From positions 1 to 27,817 of IMG/VR virus record IMGVR_UViG_3300037520_000413: a stretch of 27,817 nt of DNA; one strand, given 5' to 3'. Both the position numbers and the translations under genes were made by a program. Source of the DNA: a virus. Its lineage: Duplodnaviria > Caudoviricetes. The notes beneath the pieces were generated by a model. The model did not search any database and was not told the DNA's origin. It saw nothing but the letters and a program-made list of their open reading frames with translations. Below are positions 16,625 through 23,988 of the stretch, piece by piece (the stretch's first letter is position 1; each line of letters opens with the position of its first letter).

Positions 16625-16763
16625 TGTAAGCAATTCCATTACATAGGGTTTTGGAGGGGTCTTGTAAATCAATCACTTACAGCAACTGGCACGATTCTTC
16701 CCTGCTATATAGGTGAGAGGGTAGTAAAAATAAGCCCGTTCAAGTGCAAGAGAATCTGTTACA
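16625..16763. promoter_or_regulatory. Three operator-like palindromes TGYAA-N9-TTACA
   Basis: TGTAAgcaattccaTTACA (16625-16643), TGTAAatcaatcacTTACA (16663-16681) and TGCAAgagaatctgTTACA (16745-16763). Confidence 0.7.
16667..16701 (+). promoter_or_regulatory. IHF consensus site plus sigma54-like -24 element
   Basis: AATCAATCACTTA (16667-16679) matches WATCAANNNNTTR. CTGGCACGATTCTTCC (16686-16701) differs from YTGGCACGNNNNTTGC by one base, in the -12 GC. Confidence 0.5.
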
Positions 16764-16782
16764 GTAGAGACTTCAACAACCA

Positions 16783-16999
16783 AAGGAGCTAGCAACATGA
16801 CCAAATCAGAGCAACGCGAAATAGACCGAATCAAAGCCGCTGCACCCGTTCTAGGGTTTGACTACACGGCTCGCGCATTGTCCGCACTGTATCGCGCGGC
16901 ACGCACAGCTAAAAGCCGCGATGAAATTTACAGCGTAGTTTATGCATATGGTGCTTACAAATCAACCGAATTCATCATCTAAGGAGCTAGCAACATGAC
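16783..16999 (+). repeat. 19-bp direct repeat AAGGAGCTAGCAACATGAC (RBS plus start) at 16783-16801 and 16981-16999
   Basis: Exact copies form the translation starts of two consecutive, unrelated ORFs. Confidence 0.9.
16797..16982 (+). CDS. Hypothetical early protein (61 aa)
   Basis: Strong AAGGAG RBS; first gene of the plus-strand cluster. Confidence 0.75.
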   Translation: MTKSEQREIDRIKAAAPVLGFDYTARALSALYRAARTAKSRDEIYSVVYAYGAYKSTEFII

Positions 17000-17186
17000 T
17001 TCATTAAATTACATTGACCGCGTATTCACAGAGAACACGGGAGGCGGCACGATGGTTGACTTTGTACAGCTAAAAGATGGCCGCATTCTAGGCATCAACG
17101 ACGAATATGTCGTGCTCTATGAAAGCCTTGAGGCGTTCTATGAGTGCTTACCCATCAACCGCGAATCCATCAACCTAATAGGCTAA
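16995..17186 (+). CDS. Hypothetical early protein (63 aa)
   Basis: AAGGAG RBS; contains ENTGGGTMVD..QLKDGRILGI. Confidence 0.75.
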   Translation: MTSLNYIDRVFTENTGGGTMVDFVQLKDGRILGINDEYVVLYESLEAFYECLPINRESINLIG

Positions 17187-17189
17187 ATC

Positions 17190-17318
17190 ATGACCCGCTA
17201 TATCTTTACCCGCCGCCATGCCATGCGCGCCGCTATTTTGAACGCCGCCGGCGCTCTGGCGTTAATCGCCGGCGCCGTCGCGCTGATGCTTGCATATTTT
17301 GATGTTTTAGTTAAATAA
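17190..17318 (+). CDS. Small single-pass membrane protein (42 aa)
   Basis: Read manually: MTRYIFTRRHAMRAAILNAAGALALIAGAVALMLAYFDVLVK. It has a basic N-terminus and a hydrophobic helix, and fills the intergenic gap. Confidence 0.65.
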   Translation: MTRYIFTRRHAMRAAILNAAGALALIAGAVALMLAYFDVLVK

Positions 17319-17330
17319 AGGAAAACCGCC

Positions 17331-17669
17331 ATGCTACGCTCACCATCAATCAAAACCCTAAAAATCATTTTTGGCGACAATGCCGCTCGCGCAAAAGCAA
17401 TTTTGCTTATGAATCGTGAGCAATTGCTAAGAACGCCAGCCGGCGCCGCACGCGCTGCTGAGTGCTATAACCCGCCCACTACGCAAGATATCCGCATGGA
17501 ATGCCTGAACGAACTAGGCGATTTTCATGGCGTTGAATATTTCGACACTAAACAAGGCGGGTGCATGTACTTGAACGCCGGCGACACTTACGCGCCCACA
17601 TTGGTGCGGCATAACGGGGTTTATCGGGTTAGTTCATGGGGCGATATCGCTGAACGCCACGCCGCCTGA
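17331..17669 (+). CDS. Hypothetical early protein (112 aa)
   Basis: AAGGA RBS; contains HGVE...YLNAGDTYAPT...VSSWGDIAE. Confidence 0.8.
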   Translation: MLRSPSIKTLKIIFGDNAARAKAILLMNREQLLRTPAGAARAAECYNPPTTQDIRMECLNELGDFHGVEYFDTKQGGCMYLNAGDTYAPTLVRHNGVYRVSSWGDIAERHAA

Positions 17670-17721
17670 CAATGCCAGCTTATGCGCCTTATGTAGGGCG
17701 CATAGGCGGGAAATTGTCCCG
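17668..17721 (+). other. Long imperfect intergenic RNA hairpin
   Basis: GACAAT g CC a GCTTATGCGCCTT atgt AGGGCGCATAGGC g GG aa ATTGTC, with no U-tract. Confidence 0.6.
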
Positions 17722-17739
17722 ATAACAGTGGAGTAAATT

Positions 17740-18057
17740 ATGATCCAGACAATCAATGTTTCAGACTTCCGCGATGCCTTTCGCGCGTATGGCCGGCATG
17801 AGCAATTCAGTTATGAGGGGCTTGGCGCTCTGTTTGACTATTTAGAAGACGCCGCGCCGTCCTATGAACTTGATGTCATAGCGCTTTGCTGCGACTACTC
17901 AGAAGATACAGTCGAGCAGATCGCAGAAGCCTATGGGCTGGAATTGCCGCCAAATGAAACAGAGGAGGAGCACCAGGCGGCCGTGCGCGATTACTTGGAC
18001 GACCGAACCCAAATTGTGGCCGAATTAGACGGCCGGTTTTTGTACTCTCAATTTTAA
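17740..18057 (+). CDS. Acidic early protein (105 aa)
   Basis: GGAG RBS. By hand count it has 24 D/E, 6 R and no K. Contains FSYEGL..LFDYLE...ELDVIALCCDYSE. Confidence 0.8.
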   Translation: MIQTINVSDFRDAFRAYGRHEQFSYEGLGALFDYLEDAAPSYELDVIALCCDYSEDTVEQIAEAYGLELPPNETEEEHQAAVRDYLDDRTQIVAELDGRFLYSQF

Positions 18058-18069
18058 GGAAACCACGCC

Positions 18070-18345
18070 ATGAACACAATCACTATCGGGCGCACTACTT
18101 ACAAACTGCGCGACACATCAACCATTTTTGCAGACCATGCCAAGTGCACCGGTAAGCATAAAAAAGTTAAGGTAAAGGCTGATAAACCGCGTTTTTACCC
18201 GCCACAAGGCGCCAGCATGAGCACCGCCGATTATGTGCGCGCTTATGAGAACATGAACAGCAAAATCATGCCTTGGGACTGGCAACCATTGACCGAACAC
18301 ATCAGCCAAGTTCAAGGCGAAGACACTTTTGAGGTGGAAGCATGA
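18070..18345 (+). CDS. Hypothetical protein (91 aa)
   Basis: AAGGA RBS; ATGA overlap with the next gene. Confidence 0.75.
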   Translation: MNTITIGRTTYKLRDTSTIFADHAKCTGKHKKVKVKADKPRFYPPQGASMSTADYVRAYENMNSKIMPWDWQPLTEHISQVQGEDTFEVEA

Positions 18346-18578
18346 AACAAGCAGACTACAACAGGCTCGAAGCCATGCTAGGCCGCGCGCAAGAATTGGC
18401 CGCGCAAGTGCTGAACGGGGAAGCGCCTGAAAGCGCCCTCGCTGAAGAAGTGTCTGGCGAATGTGCCGAATTGCTAGCGCTCATGGATGGCGACATGGCC
18501 GCGTTTAGTGAGCCTGATCTTATCGATCCCGAATTGCTGGCTTTGGCCGGCGCGTTACAGCCGGAGGTGCAAGTATGA
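18342..18578 (+). CDS. Acidic helical hypothetical protein (78 aa)
   Basis: GAGG RBS and ATGA coupling at both ends. By hand count it has 16 D/E and 3 K/R. Confidence 0.7.
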   Translation: MKQADYNRLEAMLGRAQELAAQVLNGEAPESALAEEVSGECAELLALMDGDMAAFSEPDLIDPELLALAGALQPEVQV

Positions 18579-18724
18579 TAGATATGCGAGTTCCATCCTA
18601 CGGGTTAGTTCTGCAACTACTGAACGCCGCCCTTTGCGAGTTAACGCATGGGGAGACTGAAGAGGCCATTGCCACTATTGAACAAGCGCGCTCACTGTTG
18701 GAAAGTCTAGGGGTTGACGCATGA
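18575..18724 (+). CDS. Hypothetical protein (49 aa)
   Basis: Read manually: MIDMRVPSYGLVLQLLNAALCELTHGETEEAIATIEQARSLLESLGVDA. GGAGG RBS and ATGA overlaps at both ends. Confidence 0.7.
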   Translation: MIDMRVPSYGLVLQLLNAALCELTHGETEEAIATIEQARSLLESLGVDA

Positions 18725-18924
18725 AAGGCGTACCCTACACAGTGCGAGGGCTGGCCCTCGAATGCGAATTTGAATTTGAAGCCGGCGAACCGCGGACGCT
18801 GGACGATCCAGGATGGCCGGACATTTACACTTTAACCGGTGCATGGCTGAACGGCGTTAGTGTCATGCCGATCATTGACCCTGCGGTTGTGCAAGAGTTA
18901 GAAGAACGCGCCCGATGGCCGTAG
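18721..18924 (+). CDS. Hypothetical protein (67 aa)
   Basis: ATGA-coupled; contains EAGEPRTLDDPGWP. Confidence 0.7.
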   Translation: MKGVPYTVRGLALECEFEFEAGEPRTLDDPGWPDIYTLTGAWLNGVSVMPIIDPAVVQELEERARWP

Positions 18925-18974
18925 TGTTGGCGGTCTTAGCTGCCGCATTACTTGCCATCATTCTGAAACTTTAA
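18915..18974 (+). CDS. Possible 19-aa hydrophobic peptide
   Basis: MAVVLAVLAAALLAIILKL. It overlaps the previous stop and ends at the terminator. Confidence 0.4.
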   Translation: MAVVLAVLAAALLAIILKL

Positions 18975-18995
18975 AGCCCCTCACGGGGCTTTTTT
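18973..18995 (+). terminator. Terminator between the convergent early cluster and primase gene (possibly bidirectional)
   Basis: AAAGCCCC-TCAC-GGGGCTTT-TTT. Confidence 0.85.
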
Positions 18996-21276
18996 ATTTG
19001 ACCCTGACCAGCGCTGCCGCTGGCGCATCCTCTACAAGTCGGCGTAAATTGGACTTGTTACCGCCGGCCATGTCGGGCGCACAATACAGGTGCTTTTTGC
19101 TTGGGTAGTCTGATGACGCCACACGGCCAAGGTCAACCCAACCGGCTTCTTTGAACGCATGCAACAGCGCCTGCTGCGGCACTTTAACGCCTGCCGGTGC
19201 TGACCCTGCCAGCCTGTCGCAGACAGCGTGAAAGGGGCTACCAATGACGCCTTTGCTGAACTCGCCTACTTTCAAGCGCATGGCCTCGACTAAATATGAT
19301 TCTGCTATCGAAAGGCCATGCTCAACCAGGTTCAATTTGAATTCGGTCATCATTGGCGCTGCGCCAGGGTTGAACGCCGACACATCCCGCGCTGCAAGCC
19401 ATGCCCCGATTGCTGCAAAGCCACCGGCCTTGTACCAGGCCCACATCTTGGCGGCGGCGTCTGGGGTCATTCTGGGGGCATGTGACCACACGCAAAACCA
19501 GCGTCTATCCTGCGAATCTAGGCTGATGGGCACGGGGTCATTGCTGAACGCCAGCACAAAGACGCGGTTTGCCATCGCGTATGGGTGTAAACCCTTACGG
19601 TTGATCGTGAGCATCTCGGGCGGCGCTGCGATGATAGGCTTCAGGCGGTTTGCCAGCGCGCGGCGCTCCTTTGCGTCTGGCTCTTTCAACTCGTTCAGAA
19701 TCAGAATCTCAGACTCCAAGGCGTAGCCAAACTGGCTGCTCATGGTGTCGTTGTCCAGCAAGCCCCTGTTCTTGAGGTGCGCGCCACAGACTGACCAGAT
19801 GAAGGGGGCCCACATGGTGTCTTTGCCTGACCCCTGATCGCCGCCATGCAGAATCGCGTGATTGACTTTGATCTCGGGGTGCTGCAACTTGAACGCCATC
19901 ACATCCAGGATATGCTCTAACTCTTTGGCCTCGGGCACCAGCAGCCGGCAGTGTTCCAGCCAAGGCGTCACATCACCGGCTGCGGTTGCTGGCCGCGCAT
20001 CGCGCCAGCGGTTGCCGTAGATGTCGCCGTCTCGGGTCACTAGCACCGACTCGCCTGCGGCGTAGGTGATGCCGACCAGCGCCTTAGCGCCCTTGGCCTG
20101 CCTGTTCTCGTCATAGCAGATTGACGCTTCGATCTTGCGTCCGGTGTGAATTGACTTGCACGAAATGTGCCTGAACAGGGCATTGAAGGTCTGGCGGGAG
20201 ACTTCGCGGCGGTCTTGCATGTCGAAATACGACTCATCGTCTTGTATATACGCAAACCGCTCGTACCAGTCGGCCTTCTCGATGCGGCCTAATTCCTTGC
20301 GCTCGACCTCGGCAATGCGCTCGGCGGCGGCGTCTGTGAATACATCGTTCGGCGTCAGCTTGGCAAGCGCGCCCTCCATCGCAGCGGTGAACAGTTCTTC
20401 ACGCAGCCCAGGCGTATGCTTTGGGCCACCATTCTCGGCCACCCAATCTAGGAAGGTGCGGGAATCCAGATCAACGCAGTGCCCGTGAAGGCAGCAGTAC
20501 GCCCGATTGGCGGGCATGTAGCGGCCCTCTGGGTTGCCATCGCTATGCTGCTCACTGTTGGGGCAGATCACGCCGGCCCAGCCCTCTTGGTTCGGTTTGG
20601 ACAGCAGCAGCCCCTGCGCTGACAGCCACGCCAGCACATCGTCAGCGCCATCATCACTGATGCGGATCGGGCGCAGGGTCAGGCTGTCGGCGGCGGCTGG
20701 CGTCACGCCCAGAGCGGCGCATATCTCGGGCAGGCTGTAGTCGCGCTCTGGGTGGAACTCCACCAAACGGGCTTCAAAGTTATCGCGCCCAGGCTTCAGG
20801 TTGACTGAGCCAGGCAGACGGAAATTGCGAACGGCATTGATGGCGCCAGGGTCTGTATAGCCAGCGTCTGCGATGGCCTTGATGGCCGCGCTGAACTCGC
20901 CCTTGGTGGGCTGCTCGTTGAAGGCGTAGCCCCACTGAAACGAGCCGGCTGATGTCTCCATGATCCATGTCGGCGGCAGGGGCGGCGTCTTGCTCTTGGT
21001 GCCTATGTCGTCCAGCATCATTACCAGGATGTACTCGCAGTTCGCTGCGCTGGCGCTGACATGACCGTCCTTGAAGCGCTCCACGATAAAGCTGGCGGTG
21101 TTGCCATACCATGACTCGCCGGCCTTGGTTCTATGGCTGGGCAAGAACGCCGGCCAGGTGGCTTTGACAGCCCCATCGGCGTGAAAATCCAACGCTCCGT
21201 CTTTTAATTTGGGTTTTTGCCTGACTATCAGGGCTGTTTCGCCCTCTGGGGCCAAAGATGCTATAAACTCGATCAT
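18994..21276 (-). CDS. Primase-helicase fusion (RepB/AEP-type primase, Cys/His Zn motif, C-terminal P-loop helicase of DUF5906/D5 type)
   Basis: Primase motifs MLDDIG, ETSAGSFQW and RNFRLPGS; CP...H...C.H.HC; Walker A GDQGSGKDT; DRRWF. AAGGAG RBS. Confidence 0.88.
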   Translation of the reverse strand: MIEFIASLAPEGETALIVRQKPKLKDGALDFHADGAVKATWPAFLPSHRTKAGESWYGNTASFIVERFKDGHVSASAANCEYILVMMLDDIGTKSKTPPLPPTWIMETSAGSFQWGYAFNEQPTKGEFSAAIKAIADAGYTDPGAINAVRNFRLPGSVNLKPGRDNFEARLVEFHPERDYSLPEICAALGVTPAAADSLTLRPIRISDDGADDVLAWLSAQGLLLSKPNQEGWAGVICPNSEQHSDGNPEGRYMPANRAYCCLHGHCVDLDSRTFLDWVAENGGPKHTPGLREELFTAAMEGALAKLTPNDVFTDAAAERIAEVERKELGRIEKADWYERFAYIQDDESYFDMQDRREVSRQTFNALFRHISCKSIHTGRKIEASICYDENRQAKGAKALVGITYAAGESVLVTRDGDIYGNRWRDARPATAAGDVTPWLEHCRLLVPEAKELEHILDVMAFKLQHPEIKVNHAILHGGDQGSGKDTMWAPFIWSVCGAHLKNRGLLDNDTMSSQFGYALESEILILNELKEPDAKERRALANRLKPIIAAPPEMLTINRKGLHPYAMANRVFVLAFSNDPVPISLDSQDRRWFCVWSHAPRMTPDAAAKMWAWYKAGGFAAIGAWLAARDVSAFNPGAAPMMTEFKLNLVEHGLSIAESYLVEAMRLKVGEFSKGVIGSPFHAVCDRLAGSAPAGVKVPQQALLHAFKEAGWVDLGRVASSDYPSKKHLYCAPDMAGGNKSNLRRLVEDAPAAALVRVK

Positions 21277-21301
21277 GTTGTTCTCTCCTTGAAGTTGAGT
21301 T

Positions 21302-21332
21302 AGCCCCCGTCTAATCCACGGGGGCTTTTTTT
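21302..21332 (+). terminator. Terminator-like hairpin with U-tract on the + (antisense) strand
   Basis: AGCCCCCGT-CTAATCC-ACGGGGGCT-TTTTTT, lying between two minus-strand genes. Confidence 0.65.
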
Positions 21333-21333
21333 A

Positions 21334-22035
21334 TTACAGTGAACAGACGCGGCAAGTCGCCACACTCCCGTCACCGCGAATCTTGCGGCCACTTTCAAAC
21401 TCTAAGGCCAACTCTTTAAGCGATGCCGGCCAAGTGTCGCGCTGCGGCGACCGGAAGGTGTGCCCCAGCTTCTCCTCCACGGCCACGCCCTTAGCGTATT
21501 CTTCTGGGTAGTCACGCCACAAGTCACGCCACTCGCCTAGACGCTGATAGGGGCACACGGCGCAGTCAGTGCGGCGCGGTATCGACACGCCGCGCTCGGC
21601 CAAGTACGCCCAAACCTTTGCTTCGTTCCAGCCCCACTCACGCATCGGAAACCTGATTTTCATGTCTTCGCCGTAGATGCCGCGCCTGGCTTCTTCGTCA
21701 GCGCGCAGGCCCACATACAAGACCGAACCTTCAGGCAGCGATTCAAAATACTCAATAGTCGGTTCGATCTTGAGGATGCGCGTACACCATCTGGCGCGAA
21801 AGTTTGGCAGCATCTGCATCTCGTCAATCAGGCCGTACAGGTCTGTCTTGTGACCAACTTTTTTAATCGGCAGGCCCAGCATCTGCTCCAGTTTGGCCCA
21901 GTGGTCAACCATCTCAGGCAACTCGTTGCCAGTGGCGTTGCAGATCAACTCGTACTCACGCGGCTCGACTTCCATCAGCCGCAGCGCCAAGGCGGTCGAG
22001 TCTTTGCCGCCGCTTAAACCAATGACATGTTTCAT
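21334..22035 (-). CDS. PAPS-reductase-family / PP-loop adenine nucleotide hydrolase protein
   Basis: PP-loop SGGKDS, RWCTRILKIEP, GLRADEEARR, RTDCAVCP and C-terminal CRVC. ATGA-coupled to the polymerase. Confidence 0.85.
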   Translation of the reverse strand: MKHVIGLSGGKDSTALALRLMEVEPREYELICNATGNELPEMVDHWAKLEQMLGLPIKKVGHKTDLYGLIDEMQMLPNFRARWCTRILKIEPTIEYFESLPEGSVLYVGLRADEEARRGIYGEDMKIRFPMREWGWNEAKVWAYLAERGVSIPRRTDCAVCPYQRLGEWRDLWRDYPEEYAKGVAVEEKLGHTFRSPQRDTWPASLKELALEFESGRKIRGDGSVATCRVCSL

Positions 22036-23948
22036 GAATACCTTGTTGTGATCACACCTTCAGCCGCCAGCGGCAGGCCATCGGCCCAAGCTGGTGGTTC
22101 GCACATGACGCGGTGCATGCGCGCGCCGACTGCCTCGGCCTGATCGGCTGGGCACTCGACAACGATCTCATCATGTACATGTAGAACGACATCATCTATT
22201 TGGCGCAGGGAATGGCGCAAGATGTCATGGGCTGCGGCCTGCGTTATGTTCTCGCAAGCCAAGCCGCGCCATAAACGGGCGCGCGGCCATTCTTTGGCAT
22301 CGGCGGCGGGTTTCCAAGCAGCTTTGGTGTAGGTCACATTGCCTTCGTCATCGAATTTGGCGTTGGGATAGCACAGCACCCTGCCGGAAGGAAGACTGTA
22401 CCAGAGCATCTGGCCGTCAAACATGTAGGTAACCCGACCCGCGCTAAATTCATGGTTTTTATTTCGCATGGCGCGCATGTATGCGCCCTCCAAGGCGCTG
22501 CCGTGCTGCATGGCCCAAGGGTTTGCCCTACGCCAGCCGTCCACGGCGCGCTGGACTTCTGAGCCGGACAGGTGTATGCCGTAGGCGCGCCCGAACACCT
22601 CAAAGGCGCCAGCCCCACCTAGAAAGCCAAGGGCCAACTCTTGCACCTTGCCGACCTGGCGCTGATCGCCGGACACCTCGGCGTAAGGCACACGAAAGGT
22701 GGCCGTGGCATTGACTTTGTACGGGTCAAGGCCGGAGCGGAACACGTCCAGCTTGGCCTCGCCGGCGGCGCACTTGGACAGCCACGGATGCACACGGCCT
22801 TCGATGGCCGACCAGTCGTAGGCGATCAGCACATGCCCAGGCTTGGCTATCAGTGAGGGCCGGAGCATTCCCTTGAGAACATCCGTAATGCGTCTTCCAA
22901 ATCTTGGTGTGATTGTGTGTCCGCGCACCATAGCGTTGCGTACTTCATCAGGGTCTTTGGCGCATTTGCGGGTAAAGTTGTGAACCTGTGCGCCATAGCT
23001 TGATGCACGTCCGGTGGCAGACCCTCCAGCAAAAACGAAAGCGCCTCGGACTCGGTGATCCTCCTCATCGGCAAGCTGTTCAAGGCGACTGAATTTCGCA
23101 ACCGAAGACGCCCAGAGGTCGTCCGCGCATTGAATAACGTCCGCAACATGGGCCGGAATCTCATCGTGGTTCTCCATCGCAAGCAAGTTAGCCCGCACAG
23201 TCTTGTCAATCGAATATTTCTCGCCAGTCCACATCAGCTTCTTGGCCTCTGGGCCTACGCGCTCAAGCACCCACTCGCGCATCTTAGGCGAGCGCACGCT
23301 GGTGATCTGGCCCTCGGTCACCTCGGCCACGATCTGCTGGATTTCTTCTGTCTCAGCGGCGGCAAAGCGCACGGCAGCGGCGCACAGCGGGGCGTCTACC
23401 AGCACGCCCCTGTCGTTGATGCGCTCGTTGACGTGGTAGTCAGACAGTTCTTGCTCTGACAGTGGCCGCATGGCTTGGCTGATGGCACGCATGGCGCGCA
23501 CGTCCTGTTCGCAGTAGGCCACCATCTCGGCCATCAGGGCGGCGTCCTCGCGGAACGGCGGCACGCACAGCAGCCGGATCAACTGACTTCCACGATGGTC
23601 TTTCTTCATGCTAGCGCCAGCGAACCGGCCAGCGTCTTCTAGGCTACCAGGCGCACAGTTGGCACGGGCCTGCGAGGCGGTGCAGTAGAACTGCTCCAGC
23701 TTGAAGTCGATCTGTAGAACATACCAGAAGATCAAGCGCTCGAAGGCCGCGTTGTGGGCGTAGATCAGGCCGGTGTACTGGCGCACTTCATCGGGGAAGG
23801 GTTGGCTGGGTAGCCATGTCTGCACCTCGCCATCGTCAAAGGCGTAGGACATGCACAGCACCTCGGTGCTAGCGTGTTGGGCGTAGTTGTAGACGCCGTG
23901 CTTTTTAAGGTCACAGTGGCTGCGGGTTTCGAAGTCTAGGTAGAGCAT
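22032..23948 (-). CDS. polA: DNA polymerase, family A, with 3'-5' exonuclease
   Basis: Start reassigned to MLYLDFETRS (638 aa). ExoI DFE, ExoII HNAAFE, ExoIII YCEQD; motif A DWSAIEGR, motif B RQVGKVQELALGF, motif C HVHDE. Confidence 0.93.
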   Translation of the reverse strand: MLYLDFETRSHCDLKKHGVYNYAQHASTEVLCMSYAFDDGEVQTWLPSQPFPDEVRQYTGLIYAHNAAFERLIFWYVLQIDFKLEQFYCTASQARANCAPGSLEDAGRFAGASMKKDHRGSQLIRLLCVPPFREDAALMAEMVAYCEQDVRAMRAISQAMRPLSEQELSDYHVNERINDRGVLVDAPLCAAAVRFAAAETEEIQQIVAEVTEGQITSVRSPKMREWVLERVGPEAKKLMWTGEKYSIDKTVRANLLAMENHDEIPAHVADVIQCADDLWASSVAKFSRLEQLADEEDHRVRGAFVFAGGSATGRASSYGAQVHNFTRKCAKDPDEVRNAMVRGHTITPRFGRRITDVLKGMLRPSLIAKPGHVLIAYDWSAIEGRVHPWLSKCAAGEAKLDVFRSGLDPYKVNATATFRVPYAEVSGDQRQVGKVQELALGFLGGAGAFEVFGRAYGIHLSGSEVQRAVDGWRRANPWAMQHGSALEGAYMRAMRNKNHEFSAGRVTYMFDGQMLWYSLPSGRVLCYPNAKFDDEGNVTYTKAAWKPAADAKEWPRARLWRGLACENITQAAAHDILRHSLRQIDDVVLHVHDEIVVECPADQAEAVGARMHRVMCEPPAWADGLPLAAEGVITTRYS

Positions 23949-23985
23949 TTTCCAATGCCCACTCTTGCGAATGGGCATCAGGAAA
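23949..23985 (-). promoter_or_regulatory. GNRA-loop hairpin ending directly at the polymerase start codon
   Basis: Minus strand reads TTTCC tg ATGCCCATTC-GCAA-GAGTGGGCAT t GGAAA, then ATG. Confidence 0.65.
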
Positions 23986-23988
23986 GGC

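Noticed and set aside
16523-16792. 89-aa ORF MTQMTQT...
   Set aside because: It starts inside the iterons, has no RBS and runs through the operator/promoter region, so it is likely spurious.
21334-22035. Calling the PAPS-reductase-family gene cysH (sulfur-assimilation auxiliary gene) or a complete Dnd system
   Set aside because: It lacks the catalytic C-terminal ECG(L/I)H motif, and no dnd or ssp partner genes are in the window.
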